Assembly: GCA_973895155.1 (NCBI GenBank)
Contig: OZ316898.1
Span: 14,848,330-14,912,329, forward strand
Length of the DNA stretch: 64,000 nt
Direction of reading: 5' to 3'
From: Marsupella aquatica
Lineage: Eukaryota > Plantae > Marchantiophyta
Shown: piece by piece, positions 12,900 to 26,237 of the stretch
Layout of the letters: every line of letters begins with the position of its first letter
How positions within the stretch are numbered: position 1 is the first letter of the stretch
Notes under the pieces: model-generated
Told to the model about the DNA's origin: nothing
Databases searched by the model: none
Seen by the model: the letters and a program-made list of their open reading frames with translations, nothing else
Made by a program: the position numbers and the translations under genes

Positions 12900-15800
12900 G
12901 AACCATTCCTGGCTTCTCAGACTTTGATGGTTTCTTTTATTTGTTCTCGGTCTGTGATAATTGTCTCAAACAGAAGGGGGGAGACTGCAATCTTTTGAAA
13001 GCAATCCAATTCACCATGAATGATGCTGAAGACTTCTCCTCCGTAGAGCATCCCACCTGTCAGGGAATGCCCAGCGGGGACAGCTTTGGTGTTGAGGACT
13101 TGGCAAACTAGTTTTTCCATCCCAACCGAGCCCTATAAAATGAAAAAACCATAGATCCCAGACCCCAAAATACTTGTCTTCGGCATGCCAGAATTGGCGA
13201 ACATGGGCGTGCAAGATGGTTCTCTCCCATTTTGCCAAACACTGTGGGTCTCACAGATTAATGCATTGTGAGGCACCTGGACTGCATGTATCAAATTGAC
13301 AAAAGACTATTGGAGCACGGGTTGCCTGCCCACTTCTCCAAAGACTGTGGGCCTTGAAGATTAACCAATTGTGAGGCACCTGGACGCCAAGAATGGACTT
13401 GGCAAAAGACCATCAGAGTGCATTGCCGTTGTGCGTAGGGTGGGGATGCTGATCGGACACAATCCACCACCAGCAAGCCAGTGTGCCATTCAAATCGCTA
13501 GTTACGCATTTACCAAGTTATGGGTGGCACTTTCAGTGGGAATGCTCCGAGACCAAGAACCTGTGTTTGTTCAAGCTCTGTCTGCAATATTCATCCAAGA
13601 GAAATTGCTAGACTGCAGTATTTTACTAAAGAATTTCATCACATGTCATTGAGCATGCATTCCCATTGGATTCAAATCAGGTGCCAAGATTGGAGATAGA
13701 CTAACTGCTATTATGTATTGTTCTCGACTTCCTGTTAGGGGGACTTTACAAGAGAGCAGCAAAAGTTTAGGCACCCTTACTTCCGATGAAATGAATGTGT
13801 GTTTATTCAAACTTTTGACTTAGAAAACCCCTGCGGGCATTTCCTTGTTGGGAAATGCCCGAAACCTACATTGCACCCTGGTTCGGGTATTTTTCTGTAG
13901 ACATGGATGTTCGAATCGGGCGGGAGACTGGCACATTTGGAGGTGTGATAATCTTCTGCCCAGTATGTCCTCTTCTATTTTCATCATCAGCAGGCATGCA
14001 GGGCTGGCATCTCTTTAGAAGAAGTTTGCGACATAAATTCTGTCAGGAGGGCAGGTTACCGGCATGTAAACATTTTTTAGGCCATTGCTGTGCCCATAAA
14101 TCTGCTGGACAGAAATTACGTACTATAAAGCCTGTCTGGACAGCCTGAACCCTGTGACAAGAAAACCTTCCCTGTTGCTGGTCAAGTTTTCTTTCACGTT
14201 CTAGTCACAGGCTAGTAACCCAAGACCACCTCCATTATCCTAATTATACAATGTTCAGGTTTGGCTGCGTCGGTGAGGCCTGGCATCTAGTCTTACACCT
14301 AAATCCTGGCTCAGTTTCATCCATGGTAAAACCGCCTGTTAGTGCTGCTGCGGTCTTCTAAAGTCCCCTCCCCCCCTTTAGATGTTGTTGTACTGGACTA
14401 TTTATACATCTTCGAACTTGCTCTAGCTGGTGTAAATGAAAGCCTCTCGCGGTGTTGAAAGTCGAGATTCCAGTCGTGTTCTCATATGCACTATTGCACT
14501 ATCTTCAAGCTTGCTCTAGATAGTGAAAATGAAACCCTCTAACGGTATTGAAAGTCGAGATTCCTCTCGTGTTCTCATTTTAGAGACGGACACAAACACC
14601 TCCCTCGAGCTTGCTCTAAATACTGTAACTGGAGCCCTCTCACTGAATTGAACATTGAGATTCCTCTCTTCTCATCCTACAGATGGACCTTCATTTCGCA
14701 AGATGGTTATGCCGTCCCTTCACATCGATATGCCGTAATTTCGCAAGATGGTTGTGTCTGATCCACGAAAGCAAATGACGACCTCTACTGACAATTGTGT
14801 TCATCCTCGGTCAGCCTGGCTGTGAACACGCGCAACGGACAGATGATTGATACTGGTAGCGTCCCGGTCTGAAATGTGAACGGTGCTTGCACTGACGATA
14901 GACGATTCCCTTCCGATCAAGTGGTCTGGTTTCTTCACGATAAAATAGACTCCCTTTCAATGATGTTGGACCGCAATCGTATGTGCTACCAAAGAAAATG
15001 TGACACCAGTGTGCATTCTAACCTACCCGGAGAAGGATGATAATTTCTACAGTCCGTAAAGGTATTGCCCTGGATTGGACTCCTCGAGAAATTTAGGATA
15101 AGTAGCTCCTTTTCCGGACACTCATCATCACTGACCCGTATATTACAGTTCCTGTGGGACAGGATAAAATGAAATCAGATCGAATCCGCGTCGGCAACTA
15201 CACCGACCTATCTTGCACGACATCTTTGTGTACGGCCACATTGCCACAATGTGCAGTTACGATCTGATTCGTGCAAGTTCTGTTCGGCAGGTGTCGAATG
15301 GTAACAAACTTCTTGTTCAACAATAAACGACGAGTGCGGAGTGCCTCTCAGCCTGTAGTGAATAAGCGCAGGGCAAACCTGTGCATGTCTCGTAAATCCC
15401 AATGGTCACTTAGTGCAATTTGAATACTACGGGAACGAGAATTTCATACATACGTTCAGCAACTAGATTAAGCCAACTTCGGTCTTCTCACAAAACCAGA
15501 AGACAGAAATACCGAAGAGAAGGCTGGACGCCAAATTTTTGCAGGCAAAGGTCCGACCAACAGATGCAGATCGACAAACGAATCCGCAACAGATGGACAA
15601 AAGAAATGGCATCACCTCCGGCCGAGATCGTTCGCTACGGATCAAAATAGCATACAAGGAAACATGTCCGTAGGAAGTCACCATCGCACAATAAAGATCT
15701 AATCTATCAACATCGTAAGACCGCTGTAGGTGCAGAAGAGGAGGAAGGCAAGGCCCGGAATGTGTACACAGAAACCCGAGGCAGATACTATAAACCAAAT

Positions 15801-16732
15801 TCCGATGTGTTGCATACTATAAACCAAATTCCGATGTGTTCCATTACAAGATACATTAGTACAGCACAGAGCTGAACAGGGTTGATGTACGTGTCGATTA
15901 GTATCCATAGAGATGGATAAAGTTTATAGTAAAACCAGTCAACAGGGTTGATGTAAGTGTCGATAAGTATCCACCGAGATGGATAAAGTTTCTAGCAAAA
16001 ACAGTGTCTGCGGAGACTCTGGTCTACACTATGTTCCCTAAAGGCCATCCGGGTTCGTAATTTTAGTGCTAATCGGTGTGAAGATTCTAACTAAAACGGA
16101 TATCTCCATCCCAGCTCTCTGATAATTGAAAACTACTGGTTCCGAATCTCTTCGACGATTGTATAGCTATCTTGGAAATTCCCAAACTCGAAGTGAAGTT
16201 CGCCTCAAAGCTACAAACTGTCCAAAGAGAATATCGTCCATGCAAATTCCGTTGCTCCTGGAAGCTCTCTAAGCTCCTCTCGAAGCACCGCTGAACTTTC
16301 TAGAATAGGGAGCGTCACTTGAACTTCATCCCCTCGTGAACTTCAATAGATCCGTTCACATCCTTACAGGTCTGTCTCAAACTCACTCGATGTCGAATAT
16401 CATCACTTAAAACACAAAGTTGTTTGAGCACATCCCGGCTGCGCTTACGTCTTTTCAGACTGCCTCACAAAGCTCCGTCCGGATTCTATCCGATGTCTCG
16501 AGCACACTCACTCGGGACAAGTCTTCTTTCAGATGTTCCCCGCTCTGCCTCGTCCTCAGGAGCCCGAGTGACCATTGGGACATCAAAATTCTAGTCGTCC
16601 TTCCTTTAGAGGCTATCTAAGCCCCACAATGATGCGTCTCTCAACTCTCCCCTGTATAGGGGCAATCACGCAAGAGGGCAACAGCGCAATAACTTCAAAA
16701 CTCGAATGCCGCTTTAACACAATTACAGTAGT
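12900..16732 (-). pseudogene. Decayed NB-ARC C-half and LRR of a TIR-NLR
   Basis: In frame after the ubiquitin stop: TTVIVLKRH (RNBS-B-like), FEVIALL, RIIVGLR*PL (GLPL-like). Further on: DVNGSIEVHEGMKFK (MHD-like, ~16320-16365), IRELGWRYP (~16095-16125), three ~100-bp LRR-like repeats at 14415-14675, and RPTVFG[E/K] repeats at 13225-13390. Confidence 0.45.
15875..16005. repeat. Two-copy tandem duplication, ~66 bp
   Basis: AACAGGGTTGATGTAMGTGTCGATWAGTATCCA...GAGATGGATAAAGTTT occurs twice. Confidence 0.8.
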
Positions 16733-17473
<741 letters not shown>

Positions 17474-17499
17474 TCACGACTCGGCCACCCGGGAGACCG

Positions 17500-17870
17500 T
17501 TTTGCTTCGGCCGCGACCACCGAATGTCCGAATCGCCCCTCCTGCGACAGTCAGTCGCTACAGCGCTCCCGTTCGCCTAGTAGAACGGAATCAACTTCGG
17601 GACTCACTCTCTGGTCTTCAAACTTCAGCTGAACTCCGCGAGAAAGAAAAGGTCGAGAGTGCAGAAATAGAAATCCTTCCGAGAAACAAACTAGGCCACG
17701 ACTGCGAGCTAGCTTGCAACAACCCGTAGTCCTACCGTAGTACCCACAGCAAGAATTGGGTCAATTTTTCAAGGGTGAAGTGTGCTGCGAACTGGTTACG
17801 TGAGATTGGATGAAAGAAAGAGTCGGAATTGGATGGATGCAGAGGAGAGATGAAAACGTCTATATGAAGG
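17500..17870 (-). pseudogene. Decayed TIR domain
   Basis: Ordered TIR motifs at canonical spacing: IDVFIS...SDSF (in ORF 17732-18016), [14 protein letters not shown] (~58 codons later), KLIPFY*ANGSAV (~30 codons later), then QEGRFGHS. Frameshifts and stops lie between them. Confidence 0.6.
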
Positions 17871-20800
17871 CGGGGGGGCGGCCGCGTCACGTGCACGGGA
17901 CAACCCGCTCCAGAAAGAAGACGGCTTCCAAGTTCCAACTCCTCTGTAGATCTCGATTCGCGAAGCTCCAGGTGAAGAAGGTCTTCAGTCAGCCCCAGAG
18001 ACGCGTCGTCCTTCACGAGCTTCTTCCGGACGAGATTTGTTGTGAAAGTGAGTGCAGTAAAGTAGATGTGGCTCCACGCCTCGATCGATGAAGCTCCGTG
18101 ACTAATAAATACGATCGAACGGGGAATACCGCACGTGACTCGGTGAACCTCATCTGCCCCTTCCCTACAATATAATTATACTGCTTAATGGGGTTTCTTT
18201 CGGCTGCATAACGCCTGCCGTAAGATCATTCTGATGACACTCTGATTAGTGATTACGCAGCCCATTGAGGATCTCAGCCATCAATGCGTGGGATGGACGA
18301 CGCCTATAGAACAACTTACTAACACTCTGGAATGTTCTTCAATTATTTTATGAAACCCATTATAACCTGCCTTCGTCGAGACGACCACGGGTACTCGTGT
18401 CAGGACATGGCACAAAACAGTGGGACGGTCATCTTCCTTGGCAGAAACAGGATATCACTTGTCTGCGCCAAAAAAATTCGGATCCCAACTGAAATTCACA
18501 ATTTTTTCTAAAATATTATTATAGTGTTTTCTCAGAAACAGAAACACTCAATAGAAAAAACCCTGGCTACCTGCTACCTGCAAGCCATTCTTCCATTTTT
18601 TCCAGCATAGTCTTCATTTTTTGCACTTTCTGTAAGTGCAAACAGGCCCAAAAAACTTTCGAAAAGTATACATGCACCCTCGTCAGCTACATTGACCAAT
18701 AAGTGCATGGCATTTTTCGGTACAGAATAAAATGAATTTATGGGGTAAGGAATCATATTTAGGCCTGGGATGGACAATTTAGGGTGGAGTCACTGGAATG
18801 TTCACTGGAGGGACCACTGCATACACAGGGACTCTGGCTCTTATCATGAGTGTACAATTCCCCATTAGAAGCAGTGCATACCTTCATCAAACGGTCATTA
18901 TCCCCAAAACAAAACCTGGTGAATCCAGGTTATTAAAACTAGTCAATAATGTTTTTAGGAAAATAAAAAATATGCAGTGCTTCACAAACTTGGTGGAGAG
19001 TGGTGGTTTAATAAAGTAGACCTTCTTCCCAAAAATGTGCACTTAGACAGATGACTTCAGAAGACAAGGGTACCGCCCAGTGTTTTTGTTAGTGGCAAAA
19101 TTTTGCTTGATTCCACCTCCCCAAAATTCTTTCGCCACTTTGGCAAAAATTTGCTACTATTTTTCTGGCTCATTAGCCAGTGTTTCAGCTAATCCCAGGT
19201 CCCATTAGTCAGAATCTAAGGGTCAGCCTTAAATCTAGGGAGATCTGACGTTCAGGAAAATAATTGAATAATGAATCTTCTGAGCATCTTCTCTCTCAAA
19301 CACTTTACATTCGCCACTCTAACTAAAAAATGAAATCCTTAAAAAATAAGCTGGTACTGCGGTCATGTTGTTTAGCATACATAGCATACAGACAAGCCAC
19401 AAAACTATAGCGACGGCCACCGTTCTTAGCAGAAACAGTGTCACGCTTGTCTGCGCCACAAATCTTATATTTACTGTGGATCCACCGCTCCGAAGTACAC
19501 AAACAGGTCCTCACTGAATTCTAGATTGCAGAAAGCGGGGAGACCGCGTCTGAGACAAGGAGAAGAGGTGTCATCTTGTCTAGAGAAAGTAGTAGTTTGT
19601 CATGGTGGCCGAGCGGTCCGTAAGTTGGCCCCTTCTGCGTTGACAAGGCAATGTCGCGGTGACACGAGTACAGTACCGTACCGTACCCGTCGATCTGATG
19701 ATCGCACGACTTGGGAGGTGTCTGCAGCCGACAGCCGAAAGGCCCATTGGCCGAGAGGTTTTCCCTGCAGCTCTACCCAAGACTGACTACTACAGGAGTA
19801 AATTAAATGCCTATTCGATCGTGGCCGGGAGACCCGGAAGCTGCAAGGGGGACAAGCACGCCCTCGGAACTGGAAAGAGTACCATAGTTGAGCTGCAGCT
19901 ATTATTTACCTTATCCAATTTTGTTCTAGACATCTCGAATGTTTCATAGTCAATTTTATATTATTATTATATCACACTACAAAAAAACGAAAACAAGAAA
20001 ACCAGGATCCGGGAGGAGGGCGATCTATAGAAAGTTAGGCTTCAGAAGGGAGTAGATCCAGCAGGGCAACTCAAAGACGGTGTTCCATGTTTTTTTCATG
20101 AGTAGCTGCTCGAATATTGGGCCAACTTAATCGGGAGATATTTGGCTTGAGACGAGTCACAATACCGGACAGCAGGTGAGCTCAACATCTGTCAACAAAT
20201 ATTGGAATTCTGATATATTTTGGGAGGGTGTGAACAATTCTTGAAAGGTGCCAATGTATTCTCACAGACTGATTTTTGGTACACAAGTTTGTGCATTGAC
20301 TTTTCTAGTTAGTGGCAATCATCTTTTTTGGGCTAACCACACATTTCAATCCTCAACCTGGCCAAGAGCATTTTGATATTCTCTTGTAAGTACCTCATTA
20401 TATAAGGACAAGCCTTATGTCAGTGCGTTGCACTATGCAAGGAGGCCGGTCCATAGAGAGTCCGGCCGGGGAATTTATGGGGTAGCCGGAACCACATATG
20501 TGTCAGGGTTACACATTTTTTTCATCAATGGTCAAGGGCTCATCAGCTCATCAAATCCAACAACTGTGTATCTTTTTCACATCTTTTCCACCCAGGAATT
20601 TTTTGTTTTGAGACAAAAGACTAAAAAAGATTAAATCACTTATTATAATTCTAGATAATGTCATGTATTTTTCCAAAAATTAGACAAATAAAAAATAGTG
20701 TCCTTATCCCAACCGCAATGACATGGATGCTGGTTAGAGATTCGATCCATGCAACATTTGCGTCCATCTATAAATCGCAAGTGCGCCACTTCATGAAACA

Positions 20801-21185
20801 CAACACGGTAGGGGTATGGTACTGCCAAGTCAGTCGATGTTGTCGTGTTTTTTGTGTGGCCCGGTCGCCCACACCTTTACAGACAAGACAAATGTGCGGT
20901 GACACGAGTCCAGCACCGTACCCATTAGTCTAGAGTACAGCAGATAATTATGATCGGAAGCTGCCTACGGTATGGCTCCTCGAACCGAGAGACGGCCATT
21001 GGCCGGGAGGTTTCCCGCAGCTCACACAAAACTAAATTTTACTCTCCTTTATTGGTCACGGATTCGGTACACTTTCGGGCTTACCGTGCGGCGTGACAGC
21101 ACACCAGGATGATTCTTAAGGTTTTTCTTTTTCGCTTACGGTCGGTGGCAAATGTCACCTTGTACGAACGATTTTAAAGATTTTT

Positions 21186-21338
21186 AGAGATATTTGATGA
21201 ACCCCTAAAATGCAAAATGTGTCTCGATGACCCATGAGTGATCCAAATCCTTGATAAATCTCAAATCAATATACTCAAAATCTCATGGGTCTATTAAATA
21301 ATATATTTTAATTTAGGGGTACATCAAATGTATTTCTC
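21186..21338. mobile_element. Small MITE-like inverted-repeat element
   Basis: GAGATATTTGATGAACCCCTAAA pairs with TTTAGGGGTACATCAAATGTATTTCTC, with an AT-rich interior. Confidence 0.4.
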
Positions 21339-21689
21339 CATAATTCACGGTACACTTAGATACATATGTAAATCTGAAAATGTTATCAAAATTATACATC
21401 ACCACCTAAATTTTCAGTTGTTAGTTAGTTTGAATTGAACCATCTACGTCCATTTTGTGTATGAACAATTTTGTCTAAATTCTCAATTGAAAATGAACTT
21501 TGGTAGAGTTCTTGTAGATCTTTTGGATCCAATCATCCAGATTTCTTTTGTGTCTGAATACTGGTGTTGTCTCTTAACTCAAAGTGAAATGTAATAGTGT
21601 TAGACGTTTTGAATACAACCATCTATATGAGGAGTGGAGATAACTTTTTCCTTTGGAACTGAAAAGAGAATAGAGACAAGGGGACAGTT

Positions 21690-22725
21690 TTGAGATTTCG
21701 TGACTAGATTTGTGTCGTAACTTTCTCCAGGAGTTTCGGATTTGGGAGTTCTGGACTGATTTGACAAGATCATGGCGAGCCGGTGAAGATCGATATGAAT
21801 TGCGCCCCAAACGGTCACCGTATGAGCGAGTTACATCAGATTTAATTTTCGTCATTTTTTCACTTTTTCTGCGCGTTCGGCGATTTCGCGACTCAATTTG
21901 GGTCGTAACTTTCTCCGCGATTTTCGGATTTGGGAGTTCTTGACGGCTTTGGAAAGATCTTGGCGAGGCGGTGAAGATCGATACGACTTGCGCCCCAAAC
22001 GGTCACCGTATGAGCGCATTAAGTCGGATTTAAGTTTCACCGTGTTTTCACTTTTTCTGCGCGTTTGGCGATTTGGGCGATTTCGCGACTCAATTTGGGT
22101 CGTAACTTTTTCCGGGAGTTTCGGATTTGGGAGTTCTTGACGGTTTTGGAAAGATCTTGGCGAGGCGGTGAAGATCGATACGACTTGCGTCTCAAACGGT
22201 CACCGTATGAGCGGGTTACATCGGATTTAAGTTTCGTCATTTTTTCACTTTTTCTACGCGTTTGGCGATTTGGGCGATTTCGTGACTCAATTTGGGTCGT
22301 AACTTTCTCCAGGAGATTCGGATCTGGGAGTTCTTGACGGCTTTGGAAAGATCTTGGCGAGGCGGTGAAGATTGATACGACTTGTGCCCCAAACGGTCAC
22401 CCTATGAACGAGTTCCATCGGATTTAGGTTTTGTCGTTTTTTCACTTTTTCTACGCGTTTGACCATTTTGGCGATTTCGCGACTCCATTTGGATCGTAAC
22501 TTTCTCCAGGAGTTTCGGATCTGGGTGTTCTTGACGGCTTTGGAAAGATCTTGGCGAGGCGGTGAAGATCGATATGAATTGCGCCCCAAACGGTCACCAA
22601 TTGAGCGAGTTTCATCAGATTTAGGTTTCGTCGTTTTTTCACATTGGCTGCGCGTTTGGCGATCTTGGCGTTTTCACGACTCGATTTGGGTCAACGTATG
22701 AGCGAGTCACATCGGCTTTAGGCCA
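21690..22725 (+). repeat. Tandem array of ~5 copies of a 197-bp monomer
   Basis: GATTTCGCGACTCAATTTGGGTCGTAACTTTCTCC...GGAAAGATCTTGGCGAGGCGGTGAAGATCGAT...CCAAACGGTCACCGTATGAGCG recurs at ~21693, 21882, 22079, 22276, 22473 and 22670. The first period is ~189 bp, the rest 197 bp. The last copy is internally deleted. Confidence 0.95.
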
Positions 22726-23003
22726 TCGCTTCTCCTCCAGTTGGTTGTTGCCTTCGGGAGCTGTTGCCGCACGCTCAATCTAGAGGGCGGATCTTCACTC
22801 GCGTCGACTCCCCAACGGACAGATCGACGGGCGTTTCAGCTTTGTTCCTTACTGTTCCTGCACCTGCTCAACGGTTTCCTAGGCTAGCGGTGGTGCCGTT
22901 TCTCGACCTGATGCGGTGGGCTCTCTCCATCGCCTCCCCTTTCTTTTCACATGCCTCGGTTGGGCCTTTTGTCGCTTCTTGATGCGTTTTTGCTTTTATC
23001 GGG

Positions 23004-26000
23004 TTGCGGCCTGTCATGTCTACGTTGAGAGTGTTGGCGCGGGGCAAGCGCCCAGCCCCACCCCACACTTCTCCCCCGTCCTCCCCTCCCCCTCGTGGCC
23101 GTCTTCGTGTTTGCTCTTCTTCACTGGATCTCTCTCATCTTCGTGATGATCCCATGCCCGATGCTCTGCCAGTCCCCCCCGTCTACTGCCCACCCCATCG
23201 TCGCCCTGGCTCCTCTCCCCACCCCATTCCCCCTCCACCCATTCATCATCCTCCTCCGGCCTCCTCGTCCACATCTGTTCCACCCCCACCTCCTGTCCAG
23301 TCTTTCCCTGCTCCCTCCCCGGACGAGCGTCCCCTGCATACTTGTCCTGACTGTGGATGGGTTGGCATCTCCCTCCCTCATCATCGCGGGCGGGGCCGGT
23401 GCCATCGTCGCCAGCAAGCACAATCCCAGCCTCAGCCCCCTATTGACCCGGTTAGCTCTGCCCCTCCCTCCTTGGAGGCTCCCGAGCAGGCATGGAGTTG
23501 GGTTCGCACTCTAGACCCCCTTCCAGCCTACCATCCAGGGTACATTAGACCTCGCCTTTATAACCACATTCCTCTGGCGCTGCGCCCTATAGTTCGGTCC
23601 TCCTTGTTGCAACTCATGCAGCTTATCTTGGCGCATCCTATGGAGGTCTCCTACTGGTCTTTACTGATGCTTTTTCCACAGTGGACTCTTACCCTCCCTA
23701 GTCATGGTGGTCGTGTGGGTCACCGTGAGACTGCCTCTCGTATCCATCGTTTTTTGCGGGGAGATTGGGAGCAGCTTCAGGAAGAGTACTTTCTTCGCGC
23801 CCGGTCTTTTACCGCCCGTGCTTTGTCTGACCCAGCTCGCCACTCTCATCCCCCTGAGCATAGACGTCTTCGTCGCTCTTGTCGTTTAGCCCAGGCTGGT
23901 GAATATCGTCGGGCTGTCCAGGCCCTTTCTCCCACCACACCAGCCCCCCCTGGCGAGGTCACCTCGTTGGCCCTTCAGGATCTCCATCCGCAGCCCCATG
24001 ATCAGCTCCCTTTGTTTGTCGAGGATTTTGAGCCTGAGGAGGATCTTCAGTTTAGTAGGGACCACTTCACCTATGCCTTCCTCCATGCCCCGCGTTGTTC
24101 TGCTGGTGGCCCCTCCGGCTATGTCTTTGAGCATTTTCGTGATTTATTCCCCCCTGAGGATCCTCAGTTTGGTTTTCCAGTTTTCTTCTCCTTTTGCCAG
24201 TGTATTGCAGCCGGTCGTTTGCCTCCTCCCGTCTCTCGGCTCTTGAGTGCTTCTCGTTTATTGGCCATGGCTAAGTCTTCACCGGGTGTTCGGCCAATTG
24301 CTATTGGGGAGGTTTTTCTTCGTCTTGTGTCTCGCACACTTTCCTCACAGTTTCGCTCTGCACTATCGGATCATATCTCTCCACATCAGTTTGCAGTTGG
24401 CGTTCCTGGCGGTTGTGAGACGGTTATTGCGGGTATTCGAGCTACATTGGACCTCCACCCTGATTGGGTTGTCCTCCAGGTTGATGTCTCTAACGCTTTT
24501 AATACGGTTTCTCGGGCAGCCATTTTTCGTGCTTTGAGGGCGGCGGATCCAGACATCCAGTCCCTGATCCCCTTTGTCCGTTGTTTTTATGGACTCGAGG
24601 CCCCACTCTTCTATAGTTATCACTCCTCTACAGGTGTGTATACCACTCTTTCCTCTGCAGAAGGTACACGTCAGGGTGACCCTTTGGGTGGGCCTCTTTT
24701 TGCCATTGCCCATTTTACAACTTTACGGGAAGCTGCCATGGCCCACCCCCAGTGTATCTTCCCCTCCCTTTCAGATGACACCCACATCATTGGTCCTCCT
24801 GCCGCGGTTACTTCTGCCCTCGCCACTCTTTCCACCCATTTGATGGGCCTCGGTTTACGAGTTCAGCCTGTGAAGAGTCGTGCATGGAGTCCAGCTGGGT
24901 TACCCTCTGATCTTGTGCTTCCCCCAGGGTTCTTACGTCCAACCGATGGTCTTCGGGTCCTTGGCTCCCCAGTCGGTACCGCCTCCTTTTGCTCATCTTT
25001 CATCGCTGACTCTATACAGGCTGCCTTAGCCCATACTCCTATGCTCCCTAAGTTAGCAGATTCTCAGGCAGCATTTGGGATGTTGTTGAGGTGCATCCAC
25101 CCTCGTGCGTCTTATCTGGCTAGGACGCATCCCCCTACCGAGGATCTTTGTCTCCACCTTCGAGCATTTGATGTCTCCATTCATCAAACCCTGGCCTCTC
25201 TTTTAGGTCCGGGTACGTTGCTCTCATCTCCTTGGCTTCATCGACAACTCAATCTTCCTATTTCGCAGGGTGGTTTTGGGCTTACTTCCATTGAGAGCCT
25301 TGCACCTTTGGCCTTTTTGGGTGCATGGGCGGCCGCCTTCTCGTTGTTGGCCGATCGTTTTCTTATTGAGGATCGCCCTTTTTTACTTTCATCTCTCATG
25401 GAGGTAGAGGAGGGTTCCCTCCCGTTTCAGGTTCATTTGCACACAGCGCGGTCCTCATTACCAGATCCCGTTCGCGCCGCGTTACCTTCTTTCCAGGAGT
25501 TTTTATCCTTGGATCCCGTTCGTCTTCAGGCAGACCTCGCTGGGCGTATGCACACTTTCACCCTTTCCAGCATCCTCTCCGAGGCACCTGACACGGACCG
25601 AGCTTGGATTCTTTCTTCCGGAGGGAAGGGCGCAGGTGGATGGCTTCAGGCCAATCCAGTCATTCCTCATTTGCGGATGTCTTCAACGGAGTTCTCCACA
25701 GCCATGCGTCTTCGTCTGGGGCTGCCCCACCCACTTCTTGCAGGTTTACCTCCTTCTTGCACTTGTGGGAAGCCTTGTGATGCCACAGGCGTCCATCTTC
25801 TTCGGTGCAGTTTGGGAGGTGAAACCATTATTGTTCACGACGCTGTGCGAGATGCGACTGCTCAGGTTCTCTCTGGCTCTTTGGTATGCGTGCGGCGGGA
25901 GGTGGTACTCGAGTTACCTGGTCCTCCATCACAGCGGTTACGGGTGGATCTTACCATGGTCCGTGAGGGTCAACGTACTTTGGCAGATGTTGTGGTGGCA

Positions 26001-26237
26001 AACCCATTGCGCCAAGACATCATTGGGACAGCGGCAACTACGGCAGGGGCAGCAGCGTCACGTGCGGCAACAACGAAGGAGGCCAAATATGCTGCACGAG
26101 CTTCATCCGACAGCTTCCTCCCCCTTGCTGTGGAGCTATTTGGGCGTTTCATCCTCAGTTTGATGGGCTTCTTCGGCAAGCTGCCCGGGATGTTCATGGC
26201 CGAATGGGTCCCACCGGACCCCCGCTTTCTATTTTGA
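23004..26237 (+). CDS. Non-LTR retrotransposon polyprotein: Pro-rich N-terminus, Zn finger, reverse transcriptase, CCHC knuckle, restriction-like endonuclease
   Basis: HTCPDCG...HH...C; GGPSG; VRPIAIGEVFLRL; QVDVSNAFN; GTRQGDPLGGPLF; SLSDD; LRVLGSPVG; GGFGL; CTCGKPCDATGVHLLRC; HDAVRD; RVD...DVVV...KEAKY...PLAVELFG. First ATG at 23017. Compared with copy 2 it has a 1-bp frameshift near 26147 and a ~200-bp deletion near 26279 that removes the natural C-terminus. Confidence 0.92.
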   Translation: MRPVMSTLRVLARGKRPAPPHTSPPSSPPPRGRLRVCSSSLDLSHLRDDPMPDALPVPPVYCPPHRRPGSSPHPIPPPPIHHPPPASSSTSVPPPPPVQSFPAPSPDERPLHTCPDCGWVGISLPHHRGRGRCHRRQQAQSQPQPPIDPVSSAPPSLEAPEQAWSWVRTLDPLPAYHPGYIRPRLYNHIPLALRPIVRSSLLQLMQLILAHPMEVSYWSLLMLFPQWTLTLPSHGGRVGHRETASRIHRFLRGDWEQLQEEYFLRARSFTARALSDPARHSHPPEHRRLRRSCRLAQAGEYRRAVQALSPTTPAPPGEVTSLALQDLHPQPHDQLPLFVEDFEPEEDLQFSRDHFTYAFLHAPRCSAGGPSGYVFEHFRDLFPPEDPQFGFPVFFSFCQCIAAGRLPPPVSRLLSASRLLAMAKSSPGVRPIAIGEVFLRLVSRTLSSQFRSALSDHISPHQFAVGVPGGCETVIAGIRATLDLHPDWVVLQVDVSNAFNTVSRAAIFRALRAADPDIQSLIPFVRCFYGLEAPLFYSYHSSTGVYTTLSSAEGTRQGDPLGGPLFAIAHFTTLREAAMAHPQCIFPSLSDDTHIIGPPAAVTSALATLSTHLMGLGLRVQPVKSRAWSPAGLPSDLVLPPGFLRPTDGLRVLGSPVGTASFCSSFIADSIQAALAHTPMLPKLADSQAAFGMLLRCIHPRASYLARTHPPTEDLCLHLRAFDVSIHQTLASLLGPGTLLSSPWLHRQLNLPISQGGFGLTSIESLAPLAFLGAWAAAFSLLADRFLIEDRPFLLSSLMEVEEGSLPFQVHLHTARSSLPDPVRAALPSFQEFLSLDPVRLQADLAGRMHTFTLSSILSEAPDTDRAWILSSGGKGAGGWLQANPVIPHLRMSSTEFSTAMRLRLGLPHPLLAGLPPSCTCGKPCDATGVHLLRCSLGGETIIVHDAVRDATAQVLSGSLVCVRREVVLELPGPPSQRLRVDLTMVREGQRTLADVVVANPLRQDIIGTAATTAGAAASRAATTKEAKYAARASSDSFLPLAVELFGRFILSLMGFFGKLPGMFMAEWVPPDPRFLF

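Noticed and set aside
19604-19630. tRNA-Leu/Ser-like start GTGGCCGAGCGGTC
   Set aside because: No anticodon arm, T-arm or acceptor pairing follows.
21574-22701. Repeated short ORFs on both strands
   Set aside because: By-products of the 197-bp tandem array. The period is not a multiple of 3.
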